A stretch of DNA of 64,000 bases from Myxococcota bacterium (GCA_036229005.1 JAZAMN010000006.1:1-64000), one strand, 5' to 3'; shown: positions 1 to 18,071, numbered from the stretch's first letter. Numbers and translations: made by a program. Notes: generated by a model not told the origin, from the letters alone.

Positions 1-4
1 CTCA

Positions 5-502
5 TCACCCCCCCAAAACATCCGCCGCCCTCTCCAGATACACCCGAACCGCCTCAAAGTTCGCCACAAACAAAGCCGGCGACATCCCCGCCCGCAGCGG
101 CTGCGAGTAGCGCAGGCTCCCGCCGCGGATCTCGGCCCCGAGCGCCTGAAAGAGCTGTCCCCGGAGCTTGAGCGGCCAGCGGGCCAGCAGCGCGTAGAGC
201 TGGGACTCGGGCAGCCCCTCGGCGTGCTGGGCGTCCACCTTCAGGGCGCTGGGCAACCCCGGGATGGGCAGCCGCAGGTGCAGCGCCTTGCCGTGCTCCA
301 GAAGCAGCGTGCAGCGGCCGACCTGCGCGGCGTGCTCGCAGAGCGTGACCAGCTCCATCGCGTAGACCTGCCGCAGCAGCGCCTGCAGCTCCCGGCAGTC
401 CCCCTGCACGCGCGGCAGCCCCACGAAGGCCGGGTTGATGGTGGCGAAGGCGCGCTCGGCGGCCTCCATTGCGGACGGACGGACCGAGGTCTCTGCGTTC
501 AT
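5..502 (-). CDS. hypothetical protein
   Basis: 165-aa ORF with a GGAG Shine-Dalgarno-like motif upstream; no recognisable motif. Confidence 0.55.
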   Translation of the reverse strand: MNAETSVRPSAMEAAERAFATINPAFVGLPRVQGDCRELQALLRQVYAMELVTLCEHAAQVGRCTLLLEHGKALHLRLPIPGLPSALKVDAQHAEGLPESQLYALLARWPLKLRGQLFQALGAEIRGGSLRYSQPLRAGMSPALFVANFEAVRVYLERAADVLGG

Positions 503-673
503 GGCTCCCCCCCCAGGGGTTTGAAGTTCAGGGGGAGCATGCCGTCTGGCGGGTGGTCATTGGACGGTTCACCTCGCCGATGCCGATGGGTTCAGGGATC
601 TGTGGGGGATCCGGGTGTCGGCGAGGTGTGACTGGGCATGAGGGGGGTCGACCCGCCTTCTCTCCTGCAGCCC

Positions 674-1075
674 TCACCCCCCGAACTTCGCGAAGATCTC
701 CGCCTCCGTCATGTCCTTGGTGTCCTGCTCAAAGCTGTACCACCCCGGGTTCTTGTCCACGAACACCTGGTGGTCCAGCACAAAGCCGCTCTGGTCCTCG
801 AACAGCCCGGCCGCCAGCATGTGCTGCTGGTTTGCCTTGAGCCGGTAGAAGAGCGCGCTTCCGCAGGTGGGGCAGAAGGCGCGCTCGGCCCAGGCGCTGG
901 AGGCGAACACCTTGATCTCACCTTGGACCTGCACTTCGGTGCCGCAGGCGATGGCCATGAATGGGCCGCCCACCCACTTGCGACAGGAGCCGCAGGAGCA
1001 GGCGCTGACGTTTGCTTTGGGGGTGGCGGTGATCTTGACCTGGCCGCAGAGGCAGGTGGCGCTGCGCGTGGACAT
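674..1075 (-). CDS. GFA (glutathione-dependent formaldehyde-activating / CENP-V) family protein
   Basis: CLCG, CSCGSCRK and FCPTCGS Zn-binding pattern. Confidence 0.9.
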   Translation of the reverse strand: MSTRSATCLCGQVKITATPKANVSACSCGSCRKWVGGPFMAIACGTEVQVQGEIKVFASSAWAERAFCPTCGSALFYRLKANQQHMLAAGLFEDQSGFVLDHQVFVDKNPGWYSFEQDTKDMTEAEIFAKFGG

Positions 1076-1180
1076 TGGAGACTCCGGGGTGCCTCAGGAG
1101 CATAGCGCTGGAGCGGCGGCACAAGGCGGCCCCAATGGGATAGGGGACCCCACCAACACCCACCGACCGGGAGTCCCCCC

Positions 1181-2335
1181 ATGTCCGTCTCCTTCCAGCT
1201 CACCGAAGAGCAGGAGCAGCTCCGCCAGCTCGCCGCCGATTTTGCCAAGGACGTCATCCGTCCCGCGGCGGCGCACCACGACCGCACCGGCGAGTACCCG
1301 CACGAGATCCTCAAGCAGGCCCACGAGCTCGGCCTGATGAACACCCACATCGAAGAGGAGTTCGGCGGTCTGGGGCTGAGCGCGATGGACGGCGTGTTGC
1401 TGGCCGAGGAGCTGGCCTGGGGCTGCTCCGGCATCAACACCGCGATGGAGGCCAACGGCCTGGCCCAGCAGCCGGTGATCCTGGGGGCCTCCGACGCCCT
1501 CAAGAAGAAGTACCTGGAGCCCATGACCGAGGAGTACAGCCTCTGCGCGTACGCGGTCACCGAGCCCGGCGCCGGCTCCGATGTGCAGTCCATGAAGACC
1601 ACCGCGGTCAAGCAGGGCGACAAGTACATCCTCAACGGCAACAAGATGTGGATCACCAACTGCGGGGTCGCCGACTGGTACTTCGTGGTGGCCCTGACCG
1701 ACCCCGAGAAGAAGGCCCGCGGCGGCATGTCGGCCTTCATCGTCGAGCGCGGCTGGGACGGCGTCGAGCCCGGCGGCAAGGAGGACAACATGGGCCAGCG
1801 GGCGTCCGACACACGCGCCATCTCCTTCGACAACGTCGAGGTCCCCGCCGAGAACCTCATCGGCCGCGAGGGGGACGGCTGGAAGCTGGCCATGGCCGCC
1901 TTTGACTACACCCGCCCCGCGGTCGCCGCTGCCGCCGTCGGTGTTGCCAAGGCCGCGATGGACGCCTCCATCGAGTACGCCCTGGAGCGCAAGGCCTTCG
2001 GCAAGCCCATCGCCGCCCACCAGGCCATCAGCTTCATGATCGCCGAGATGGCCATGAACATCGAGGCCGGCCGCGGGCTGGTCTGGAAGGCCGCCGCCCT
2101 CAAGGACGCGGGCATCCGCAACACCCTGGAGAGCTCCTACTCCAAGGCCTTCTGCGCGGACATGGCCATGAAGGTGACCACCGACGCGGTGCAGATCTTC
2201 GGCGGCTACGGCTACTCCAAGGAGTACCCCGTGGAGAAGCTGATGCGCGACGCCAAGATCTTCCAGATCTACGAAGGAACCTCCCAGATCCAGCGGCTGA
2301 TCATCTCCCGCGAGATCCTCTTCCGCGGCAAGTAG
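1181..2335 (+). CDS. acyl-CoA dehydrogenase (MCAD-like)
   Basis: [41 protein letters not shown] motifs. Confidence 0.95.
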   Translation: MSVSFQLTEEQEQLRQLAADFAKDVIRPAAAHHDRTGEYPHEILKQAHELGLMNTHIEEEFGGLGLSAMDGVLLAEELAWGCSGINTAMEANGLAQQPVILGASDALKKKYLEPMTEEYSLCAYAVTEPGAGSDVQSMKTTAVKQGDKYILNGNKMWITNCGVADWYFVVALTDPEKKARGGMSAFIVERGWDGVEPGGKEDNMGQRASDTRAISFDNVEVPAENLIGREGDGWKLAMAAFDYTRPAVAAAAVGVAKAAMDASIEYALERKAFGKPIAAHQAISFMIAEMAMNIEAGRGLVWKAAALKDAGIRNTLESSYSKAFCADMAMKVTTDAVQIFGGYGYSKEYPVEKLMRDAKIFQIYEGTSQIQRLIISREILFRGK

Positions 2336-2341
2336 GCGTCC

Positions 2342-3337
2342 ATGCAGGTCTTCCTCACCGGCGGCACCGGCTTCATCGGCGCGAACCTGGTCCGGCAGCT
2401 GCTGGACCGGGGCGTGCGGGTGCGCTGCCTCACCCGAAAGAGCTCTCCGGGCCTGTGCCTGGAGGGCCTGGACGTTCAGATCGTCCAGGGAGATCTGCAG
2501 GACACCGAGCAGCTCAAGCGCCTGATGGACGGCTGCGAGCAGGTCTACCACCTGGCAGGCCTGTTCGACCCCAGCCCTGAAGGCGCCCAGCGCATGCACG
2601 AGGTCCACGTAGGCGGGACCCAGGCCCTGCTCGACGCGGGCAAGTCCGTCGGCATCCAGCGCCTGCTGCTCTGCTCCAGCTCCATCACCGTGGGCTTCGG
2701 CTCCAAGGCCTCACCGGGCACCGAAGACACCCCCCTGGACCCGGCCATCTACGGGCCCGAAGGCCCCCTGCGCGCATACTACGAGTCCAAGCTGGCCGCC
2801 GAGCGGCTGGTCGCCTCCTACCAAGGCGTGGACACCGTCACCGTGAACCCCGACTTCATCCTGGGGCGCTGGGACATCAAGCCCACCTCCGGGCAGCTCG
2901 TGCTCGCCATGATGCGTGGCTGGGTCCCCGTCTACCCCAAGGGCGGCAAGTGCTTCATGGACGCGGACGACTGCGCGCTGGGGCACATCCAGGCCATGGA
3001 GCGGGGCCGCAGCCGCACCCGCTACCTGCTGGGCAACGAGAACCACAGCTACCGGGACTTCATGGCCATGATCTCGGTGGTCGTGGGCCGCCGCGGACCG
3101 CTCTTCCCGATGCCCCGTCGCCTGGCCGATCTGGGCGGCGTGGTGGGCTCCATCGGCAGTCGCATCGACGCGCACCGCTTCGCCGGCCTGGACCGCTACG
3201 TCCTGCGCTCCATGGGCCAGGAGCGCTACCGCGACGCCTCCCGCGCCATCGAGTCCTTCAAGCTCCCGCGCACCCCGCTGGAGCTCTCCATCGAGAAGGC
3301 CGCCCGCTGGTTCACGGACCACGGGTACCTGGATTGA
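2342..3337 (+). CDS. NAD-dependent epimerase/dehydratase (extended SDR, HpnA/DFR-like)
   Basis: TGGTGFIG Rossmann motif and YYESK catalytic YxxxK. Confidence 0.88.
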   Translation: MQVFLTGGTGFIGANLVRQLLDRGVRVRCLTRKSSPGLCLEGLDVQIVQGDLQDTEQLKRLMDGCEQVYHLAGLFDPSPEGAQRMHEVHVGGTQALLDAGKSVGIQRLLLCSSSITVGFGSKASPGTEDTPLDPAIYGPEGPLRAYYESKLAAERLVASYQGVDTVTVNPDFILGRWDIKPTSGQLVLAMMRGWVPVYPKGGKCFMDADDCALGHIQAMERGRSRTRYLLGNENHSYRDFMAMISVVVGRRGPLFPMPRRLADLGGVVGSIGSRIDAHRFAGLDRYVLRSMGQERYRDASRAIESFKLPRTPLELSIEKAARWFTDHGYLD

Positions 3338-4662
3338 CCCCGGGAAAGGCGCCCCCGGACTTCCTGCGCCCCGGCCAGGACTGGGAGCACAGCCGCACGC
3401 CCAGCCAGCGCAAGCTCCAGGGCCAGTGGCCGACGCCGTGGTGGCTGGTTCAGGCCGCTCTGGATCAGTGTCTGGATGAACTCCCCCGGGGCGCGACGGT
3501 GCTCGACCCGAGCTGCGGGGACGGTCGCTGGTTGGCGGCCGCCGGGCTCAGACGCCCCGATCTGCGTCTGCTCGGCTGGGATCTGGACCCCAGCGCGGTC
3601 CAAGCGGCCCAGTCTGTCCTCGCTGGGGCCGGGGTGTCTGCTGAGCTGTCGGTGCGGGACGCGCTGGAGGGGGTGGGCCAACCCATCGCGCAGCTCGTGG
3701 TCGGCAACCCTCCCTTCATCCGACCCCAGAACCTGCCCAAGGCCACCCGCGATGACTTGTGGGCGCGCTTTGACGTGCTCACCGACAAGTGCGACCTCTA
3801 CGCGGCCTTCGTCGACCGCATGCTGACCCTCGGTGGCGGCCGGATCTGCGTGGTCCTGGGCGACACCTGGCTGTCCATGCGCAGCTACCAGGCCCTGCGC
3901 GACCGGGTCTGGCGGGAGCAGGTGAGGGGGATCTACAGCCTCCCCCAATCCAGCTTCACCGCCCGGGTCGGGACCGTGCTCCTGCACACCGCACCCGGAT
4001 CCTCCCCCAAGCGAGGTCACCTGGGCCCGGACGGCCTGCGCATCGACGGCCCGCTCCGCATGGTCGAGGGCCTGCTCCCCCTGGAAGAGGCCCCCGAGCT
4101 CCCTGGAATCGGCACTCTGGGCGAGCGCGTGCGCTTCCGGATGGGCGTGGTCTGCGGCAGCTACAAGGAGTTCGTGCACCGCGGGCCCCCAGGCACGTTG
4201 GACCACCCCACCTGCCGCGGGAAGCAGGTCCAGCGCTTCCGGATCGACCGCGACGGCGAGTACATCCGCTACGATCCCGCTGCCATGCTCGCCGCCCGCC
4301 CCTACGTCGCCCCCAAGCACGCCGGACTCTTTGACGTCCCGGCCAAGGTGGTGATCTCCGGGGCCTCCGGGCGGACCCTGCGCGCGGCGGTCGACACCCA
4401 GCGGCTCTTCCCCCTGGACTCCTGCTACGTCTCCGAGCCGTTGCCCGGCGTTCAGGTCGATCCTTGGGCCCTGTGCGGGCTCCTCAACTCCGCGCCGGTG
4501 AACGCCTGGTACGGGGCACGTTTCCCCAAAGCCCGCGTCAAAGCTGTTGAACTTCACGGAATCCCTTGGCCGGCGGGCCCCCTGGAGGCCCTCGCAGAGG
4601 CGGCCCGGGCGGGTGACCAGGCCGCCGTCGACGCCGCTGCCCAGGAGGCCTACGCATGCTGA
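3334..4662 (+). CDS. N6-adenine DNA methyltransferase, gamma class (TaqI/Eco57I-like) with C-terminal specificity domain
   Basis: GQWPTP, VLDPSCGDG (motif I), GNPPF (motif IV), DLYAAF, C-terminal LCGLLNS; TTG start overlaps the upstream stop (TTGA). Confidence 0.8.
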   Translation: MTPGKAPPDFLRPGQDWEHSRTPSQRKLQGQWPTPWWLVQAALDQCLDELPRGATVLDPSCGDGRWLAAAGLRRPDLRLLGWDLDPSAVQAAQSVLAGAGVSAELSVRDALEGVGQPIAQLVVGNPPFIRPQNLPKATRDDLWARFDVLTDKCDLYAAFVDRMLTLGGGRICVVLGDTWLSMRSYQALRDRVWREQVRGIYSLPQSSFTARVGTVLLHTAPGSSPKRGHLGPDGLRIDGPLRMVEGLLPLEEAPELPGIGTLGERVRFRMGVVCGSYKEFVHRGPPGTLDHPTCRGKQVQRFRIDRDGEYIRYDPAAMLAARPYVAPKHAGLFDVPAKVVISGASGRTLRAAVDTQRLFPLDSCYVSEPLPGVQVDPWALCGLLNSAPVNAWYGARFPKARVKAVELHGIPWPAGPLEALAEAARAGDQAAVDAAAQEAYAC

Positions 4663-5339
4663 TCCTGCTGTCCCTGTTGGGCTGTCCGGCGGAGATGTTG
4701 GGCGTCCAAATCCCCGCCGGCGGCGTGGAGTCTCTGCAGATGGAGGACTTCAACCGCGACGCCGACCGCTTCCTCCACAGCGAGCGCCGCGCGGGCATGC
4801 CCAGGCACCAGCAGGGGCGCCAGGACTTCATGGACCGGCTGGTCCAGATGCACCTGCTCCCGGTGTTCGACAAGAGCTTCATCCAGGGCACCGCCAAGGG
4901 CGAGGTCCACATCTGCGGTGAGCGCCTGGGCCAGGGCAGCGAGCGCGTTGTGGTCGCGGCGGTGGACACCGGAGTGGGGGCGCACCGGAGCGCGGCGGGG
5001 CTGGCGGCGCTGATCTCGCTGGCCAAGACCTACGACACGAACGAGCCCCCGCCGCGGGGGGTGGTGTTCTGCCGGGTGGGGGCGGGCGCGCAGGAGGCCT
5101 TCATCCAGGACGCGCCCCTGGGGAAGGTGAAGGCGGTGATCTGGCTGGAGGACCTGGGGCAGGGGGCCCTCCAGGTGACGCGGCAGGACGGCGAGCCCGA
5201 GCAGCTCCGCGTGAGCGGCGCCCGGGAGGACTGGTACGGCACCAAGAAGGACACCCTGTCCTCGCTGCACCTGGAGACCCTGCTGCAGCAGACCATGGCC
5301 CTGAGGGAGCTGGTGGACCAGGAGCTGGCGGCGCCGTGA
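4656..5339 (+). CDS. lipoprotein, possible degenerate M28 peptidase fold
   Basis: MLILLSLLGC lipobox; VVVAA...SAAGLAALISLAK...RGVVF resembles the M28 scaffold but Zn ligands are not evident. Confidence 0.5.
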   Translation: MLILLSLLGCPAEMLGVQIPAGGVESLQMEDFNRDADRFLHSERRAGMPRHQQGRQDFMDRLVQMHLLPVFDKSFIQGTAKGEVHICGERLGQGSERVVVAAVDTGVGAHRSAAGLAALISLAKTYDTNEPPPRGVVFCRVGAGAQEAFIQDAPLGKVKAVIWLEDLGQGALQVTRQDGEPEQLRVSGAREDWYGTKKDTLSSLHLETLLQQTMALRELVDQELAAP

Positions 5340-6358
5340 TCCCGCTCCTTCTCCTGCTGGCCGTGGCCCCCAACAAGCGCGCCCTGGCGCAGGCGGTGGA
5401 CGCGTACCACACCGGCGCCCGAGACGTCCGCCCCGAGCTGCGCACCCTGCTGGCCGAGCGCCCCTGGGACGACGACGTCGCCTACTGGCTGGCCCGCGCC
5501 GAGCTGGACAACAGCCACTGTGACCGCGCCGCCGAGCTGCTCAAGGCCCGGGATGGGGTGGGGGTCCCCGCAGCGGCCTTCCGCGTTCACGAGGCGCAGG
5601 CCCACGCCTGTCTGGGGGAGCTGGAGGAGGCGGAGCGCCTGGCCCTCGAAGCGGGGGAGATCCACCGCCTGGACCCGCTCTATGCCCCACACCACGCGTT
5701 GCTGGCCTTGCTGTCCCTGCGAGGACACCGGGAGGCAGACGCGGCGCGGCACCTGGCGCTGGCGGGGGGGAGCCCGGAGGTCCTGCCGGCGGTCGTGCGG
5801 CGGGCCCTCCCCGACAAGGTCCTGGGGGTGGCGCTGGAGCAGAGCGCGCCGGGCCGCTTGAGCGTGGAGGTCTACAACCAGGCCTGGGCGCTGGATCTGG
5901 AGACGGGGCTGCTCAAGGCCATCACCAGGCCGGAGACGGACGCGCCGCCCCAGCGCTGGGTGGATGCGCCTGCGGACCGAGCGCTCGGCAGAGGCTGCGC
6001 GCTGCCCACCTGGAGCAGCCCCATGGAGCCCCTCAAGGGGGGCGCGGCGGGGATCTTCAGGCTGGAGACGCGGGAGATCGTCCTGGTGGAGCGCACCTTC
6101 CCCGGCCAGCAGCTCGGCGCGCCGGTCTGCAAGGGGGAGGAGCTCGCCTGGCTGCAGCTCTCCCTGACCCAAGCGGGGCAGCAGATGGAGCTGGTGGTCG
6201 CCGGGCAGGTCCAGCCGCTGGAGGGCGTGCCCGTGGACTTTGACTGGGGGGCGCCGGGGCTGGTCGTGCAGGAGCTGTCCGGGCGCATGGTCCTGGACGG
6301 TCAGCCGCTCTGGGACGGCCAAGGCCCGCCGCTGTCCAGCCCTAGGTGGCTCCCTTGA
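5336..6358 (+). CDS. secreted TPR-like helical protein
   Basis: GTGA overlap with the upstream stop; hydrophobic N-terminus; PWDDDVAYWLARA TPR-like pattern. Confidence 0.55.
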   Translation: MIPLLLLLAVAPNKRALAQAVDAYHTGARDVRPELRTLLAERPWDDDVAYWLARAELDNSHCDRAAELLKARDGVGVPAAAFRVHEAQAHACLGELEEAERLALEAGEIHRLDPLYAPHHALLALLSLRGHREADAARHLALAGGSPEVLPAVVRRALPDKVLGVALEQSAPGRLSVEVYNQAWALDLETGLLKAITRPETDAPPQRWVDAPADRALGRGCALPTWSSPMEPLKGGAAGIFRLETREIVLVERTFPGQQLGAPVCKGEELAWLQLSLTQAGQQMELVVAGQVQPLEGVPVDFDWGAPGLVVQELSGRMVLDGQPLWDGQGPPLSSPRWLP

Positions 6359-7094
6359 GCTTGCCCTTGGGGCCGTTGAGGGGGCGGCCCGAGTGCATGT
6401 CCGGGCGCAGGCGCACCATGGTGAGCACCTTGTCGCCCATCCACAGGTAGCGGCCGTCCAGGGAGAAGTCGTGGTCGGGCGGCGTGGGCTGGTCCTCGGT
6501 GGGGTCCAGGTGCAGCTCGATGTGCGCGCTCAGGTCCAGATCCAGCACCACCCGGGCCTCGTGGAAGCCGATGTAGCGGTTCAGGTGCGGGTTGAGGACC
6601 TTGTAGACGGCCTCCTTGAGGGAGAAGCGCAGCACGGTCGAGGTCCAGCGGCGCTCGGGAGGGAGCGCCTGGATCTCCGCCAGCTCCTCGGGGCGCAGGA
6701 CCTTCTGGGCGATGCCCTCGCGCTCGGGGGCGAGGTCCTCCAGGTCGACGCCCAGGTCGCCGTGTCTGCTGCTCGCGACCAGGGCCACGGCCAGGGTGCG
6801 CTTGTGGGTGATCGAGCCGGCGACACCTTCCGGGAGCAGTGGCTGGCCCTGCGGCCCCGTGAGCACGGGATCTGTGGGCATGCGGAGCTGTCCGAGGGCC
6901 TGGTGCAGCGCCAGGCGCCCGCCGACGAATGAGACCTGCTTGTAGCCGCGCAGAGTGCGCGCGAGCGCCTGCTCGTCCGGGGGGAGGCGGTCCAGGACCG
7001 CGTCGGACACAGGGCTGGGGTCGTCGGGGAGGTGTACCGCCGTGAGCAGTCCAAAGCGGACCGCTCGGGTGAAGGCGGTGGAGAAGGGGGTCAT
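6342..7094 (-). CDS. 4'-phosphopantetheinyl transferase (EntD/Sfp family)
   Basis: GSITH, LGVDLE and FSLKEAVYK motifs; start placed at ATG 7094. Confidence 0.9.
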   Translation of the reverse strand: MTPFSTAFTRAVRFGLLTAVHLPDDPSPVSDAVLDRLPPDEQALARTLRGYKQVSFVGGRLALHQALGQLRMPTDPVLTGPQGQPLLPEGVAGSITHKRTLAVALVASSRHGDLGVDLEDLAPEREGIAQKVLRPEELAEIQALPPERRWTSTVLRFSLKEAVYKVLNPHLNRYIGFHEARVVLDLDLSAHIELHLDPTEDQPTPPDHDFSLDGRYLWMGDKVLTMVRLRPDMHSGRPLNGPKGKLKGAT

Positions 7095-7122
7095 TGTCGC
7101 CAGTCTATACCCGGCTGGGGGC

Positions 7123-8046
7123 TCAGCGGGGTGGGGCTGCCTCTCGAGCGAACGCGGCGGCGCCGCGCAGGCCGAGGTCGGGGTCACGGACGAGCATCAG
7201 GGGGATCTCGTCCAGGGCAAAGGACAGGCGACCCTTGCTGCGGAAGCCCGCGAGCAGGCCACCCTCCACCAGGGGGAGGCGGGGCGGGATGCCGCCGGCC
7301 AGCCAGACGCCACCGGCCGGCAAGGTGCTGAGGGCGAGGTTCCCCGCGTGGGCGCCCAGCATGCGGCAGAAGCGGGAGACCGCGGCCTGGCTGGAGGGGC
7401 TCTCGCTCTGGGTGACCTGGGCGGGGGTGTCCAGGGGAGCGCCGGCCAGACCCTCGACCGCGTGCATGAAGTGCTGCAGATCGCGCAGGCCGGGGCCGGA
7501 GAGCACGCGCTCGGCGCTGACGTGGCCGTGGCGCTCGTGCATCCACTGCCACAGGCGGGCCTCCACCGGGTCGTTGGGCGCGAGATCCACGTGGCCGCCC
7601 TCGGTGGCCTGGATGCTGCCGTCCGGGAGCACCAGGGCCTGTCCAAGTCCCGTGCCGGGGCCAAGCACGGCGGCCAGGTGGCCCGCCTTTGGGGCTGGAC
7701 CGGAGAGGCGCTCGTAGCCAGCAGGGGGGAGCTCCGCGATGCCCTTGGCGGCGGCGGCGAAGTCATTGGCCAGCACCACCGGGAAGCCCAGGGCGTCCTG
7801 CAGGGCGTCGGCGTCGACCACCCACGGGTGGTTGGTGAGCCGGGCGACCCGATCCTGCACAGGACCGGCCAGCGCGATGCAGGCGGATCGGAAAGCGAGC
7901 CCCTTGAGCGGCCCTGAAAGGAGCTCTGAAAGGGCCGCACGCAGGCTGGGGCCAGCGGTGGGGATCCGCAGAGAGTGACGAAGGACGGCGTCCTCCCAGG
8001 CGGATACCCTGCAGTTGGTGCCGCCGATGTCCAAGGCCAAGAGCAT
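7123..8046 (-). CDS. glk: glucokinase
   Basis: DIGGTN, ALAGPV, NDF, GPGTGLG, EGGH, ERVLSGPGL, LAGGI, FRSKGR. Confidence 0.92.
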   Translation of the reverse strand: MLLALDIGGTNCRVSAWEDAVLRHSLRIPTAGPSLRAALSELLSGPLKGLAFRSACIALAGPVQDRVARLTNHPWVVDADALQDALGFPVVLANDFAAAAKGIAELPPAGYERLSGPAPKAGHLAAVLGPGTGLGQALVLPDGSIQATEGGHVDLAPNDPVEARLWQWMHERHGHVSAERVLSGPGLRDLQHFMHAVEGLAGAPLDTPAQVTQSESPSSQAAVSRFCRMLGAHAGNLALSTLPAGGVWLAGGIPPRLPLVEGGLLAGFRSKGRLSFALDEIPLMLVRDPDLGLRGAAAFAREAAPPR

Positions 8047-8082
8047 GGGCCCTGTGTATCCTGCGCGGCGAGGGAGACGTCA

Positions 8083-11997
<3,915 letters not shown>

Positions 11998-12005
11998 GAC
12001 CTCCC

Positions 12006-15932
<3,927 letters not shown>

Positions 15933-15970
15933 TGGCGGCTCGCTGGGCGCTCAAGGGTTAGGGCGGCTGC

Positions 15971-17014
15971 ATGTTGTTGCTCCTGCTGGCTTGCGCCCCC
16001 GACGCCGAGCGTCTGCTCGCCCTTCAGCTCTCGGGGGACCCAGAGGACAAATACACCCTCGCACCTCGCCGCATCGACACCTTGACCGACCCCCTGCACA
16101 TGGCCGGGGAGCTCGGAGAGGTGAGGGCGGGTGGTGTGCTCCACCTCAACCTCTCCACCGTCGACATGGAATACCGCGGGGGGAGGGGGCTGGAGGTGCT
16201 CGCGACCGCTCAGGATGGCGTGCTGCACCCCCTGGACCGAGATGGCCTGGTCCTCTTCTCTTTCTACGGCCACGTCGAGGACACCTGGTCGGCGCTGGAC
16301 GCGGTCGGAGTCGACATCGCGCCGCTCTTCCCCATCAACATCGCGGTGACCCCGGCGATCCCCGACATCGGGCTGGCCCTGCTGCCGGTGGAGAACGCCG
16401 CCTACGCGAGCACCGCGAACACCTTCATCCTGCTGGAGGACCTGGTCGACAAAGAAGTGCCCCTGGCCGCCAACCGGGGGGTCATCGCCCACGAGACCGG
16501 TCACGGCATCTTCCACCTGCTCACCGCGGGCGACCCCTACGCCCCGCGCCTGTTCGGGGCGGAGCACCCGGGCGTCATGGGCGTCAGCAGCCTGGACGAG
16601 GGCTTCGCGGACATGGTCGCGGCGCTGAGCACCGACGATCCGGACTTCATCAACCCCACGATGCTGCTGCCCGAGCGCGACCTCAGCGGGGAGCACGTGG
16701 CCTCGTCAGTGACCAGCCGTCCGGAGCTGGAGGTCCCCACCCTGGAGTACGACCCCTACCCGCTGGGCACGGTGTTCGCTTCGGTGGCCTGGGACCTGCG
16801 GCTCCACAGCGACGATCCCGAGTTCACCCTCCAGGCCGTCTGTCAGGCCCTGATCGAGTGGGCGGAGGCCGAGGGGGACTCAGAGGACGCTGAGGTCGTC
16901 TATCTATACCTCGATCACCTCGTGATGCAGGGAGACGCGGACTGGCAGCAGGCCGCCTGCGAGGCCATCGGGGTGCGCTTTGCGGATGTCTACAGCCCCC
17001 AGGTGTGCCCGTGA
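15971..17014 (+). CDS. lipoprotein Zn-metalloprotease (gluzincin, M4/M36-like)
   Basis: MLLLLLAC lipobox; VIAHETGH (HExxH) plus SLDEGFAD third-ligand motif; ENAAY. Confidence 0.78.
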   Translation: MLLLLLACAPDAERLLALQLSGDPEDKYTLAPRRIDTLTDPLHMAGELGEVRAGGVLHLNLSTVDMEYRGGRGLEVLATAQDGVLHPLDRDGLVLFSFYGHVEDTWSALDAVGVDIAPLFPINIAVTPAIPDIGLALLPVENAAYASTANTFILLEDLVDKEVPLAANRGVIAHETGHGIFHLLTAGDPYAPRLFGAEHPGVMGVSSLDEGFADMVAALSTDDPDFINPTMLLPERDLSGEHVASSVTSRPELEVPTLEYDPYPLGTVFASVAWDLRLHSDDPEFTLQAVCQALIEWAEAEGDSEDAEVVYLYLDHLVMQGDADWQQAACEAIGVRFADVYSPQVCP

Positions 17015-17457
17015 AGCTGCTGACCCTCTGGACCTTGGGCCTGACCCCTACGATCACGGCCGTCCGCTCCTCCTCGGGGGCGCACACCCTGCAGCCCGGC
17101 TTCGCCGTGAGCGGGGCCGCGCAGCGCGGCCCCCTGGCCATGGAGCTTGAGCTGGGGATGTCCTCCTGGCAGGAGTCCCAGCTCGACACCCAGGCGCGCT
17201 TGACCCTGCTGCGTCCCGCTGCGCTGGTGGGCGTCAGGGCAGGAGAGGGGCCTGCATCGGTGGGGCTCTACGCGGGGCCGGCCGCGGCGATCTTCCTGGC
17301 CGAGTCCGGCACCCTGGCGCGCCCGGCCGTGCGGGTGCGGGGAGACCTCTCCAAGGATCTCGGCGAGCGCTGGAGCCTCGGGGGCCAGGCCGGCCTGACC
17401 CAGCGGGGGCGCTCCGGGGATCTGGATCTCGGCCTGCGGGTGGGGGTGCGCTGGTGA
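17011..17457 (+). CDS. small putative outer-membrane beta-barrel protein
   Basis: GTGA overlap; alternating amphipathic strands; ends GLRVGVRW (beta-signal-like). Confidence 0.5.
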   Translation: MKLLTLWTLGLTPTITAVRSSSGAHTLQPGFAVSGAAQRGPLAMELELGMSSWQESQLDTQARLTLLRPAALVGVRAGEGPASVGLYAGPAAAIFLAESGTLARPAVRVRGDLSKDLGERWSLGGQAGLTQRGRSGDLDLGLRVGVRW

Positions 17458-18071
17458 TTGCGCTCCTGCTCTTTGCCTGCACCACCCTGAGCACCCTCGA
17501 CGGCGCGACCACCCTGGATCCCGGCGAGGTGCAGCTCACCGGCGCCGCGAGCGTCCAGGGTGGCAGCAACGCCGTCAGCTCCGCGACCCTGGTCCCGGTT
17601 CCCCAGGGCGACATCGCGCTCCGCGTGGGCTGGCGCCCGGACACCGACCTGGGGCTGCGCCTCTACGCCGGCGGGGTCCAGGCGGACATGCGCTACCGCT
17701 TCGTGCAGGGGGACACCTGGGACCTCGCCGTCGCTCCCGGCCTCGGCGGGCTCGGCCTCCCAGTGGGCGGCGTGCTGGACGTCCGGGCGCCGGTTCGCGC
17801 AGAGCGGGGCTTCGGCGACAAGGGCGGCCGCCTGGTCCTGGGGCTCACCCCGGTGGCCCGCAGCACCTTCGCCAACATCCAGGCCGGCAGCAGCGCCCAC
17901 ATCGAGCTCTACATGGGGGGCGTCGTGCGCATGCAGTTCCCGGTGGGGCCCGTGCTCCTGGGCGGCTCGCTGGATGTCTACGCCCAGCCCGCGCGGGGGC
18001 TCCCTCCCGCCTACAGCCTGGGGGTGGACGTGCAGCTCCGAAAAGGGCCCTTCACCCGGCGCAAGGGCTGA
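17454..18071 (+). CDS. lipoprotein, putative beta-barrel
   Basis: GTGA overlap; MIALLLFAC lipobox; ATTLDPGE followed by amphipathic strands. Confidence 0.6.
   Translation: MIALLLFACTTLSTLDGATTLDPGEVQLTGAASVQGGSNAVSSATLVPVPQGDIALRVGWRPDTDLGLRLYAGGVQADMRYRFVQGDTWDLAVAPGLGGLGLPVGGVLDVRAPVRAERGFGDKGGRLVLGLTPVARSTFANIQAGSSAHIELYMGGVVRMQFPVGPVLLGGSLDVYAQPARGLPPAYSLGVDVQLRKGPFTRRKG

Noticed and set aside
2950..3333. N-terminal extension of the methyltransferase ORF
   Set aside because: It overlaps the epimerase gene and is low-complexity; TTG 3334 is a better start
6342..7094. NRPS/PKS cluster implied by the PPTase
   Set aside because: No carrier, condensation or ketosynthase domains in the window
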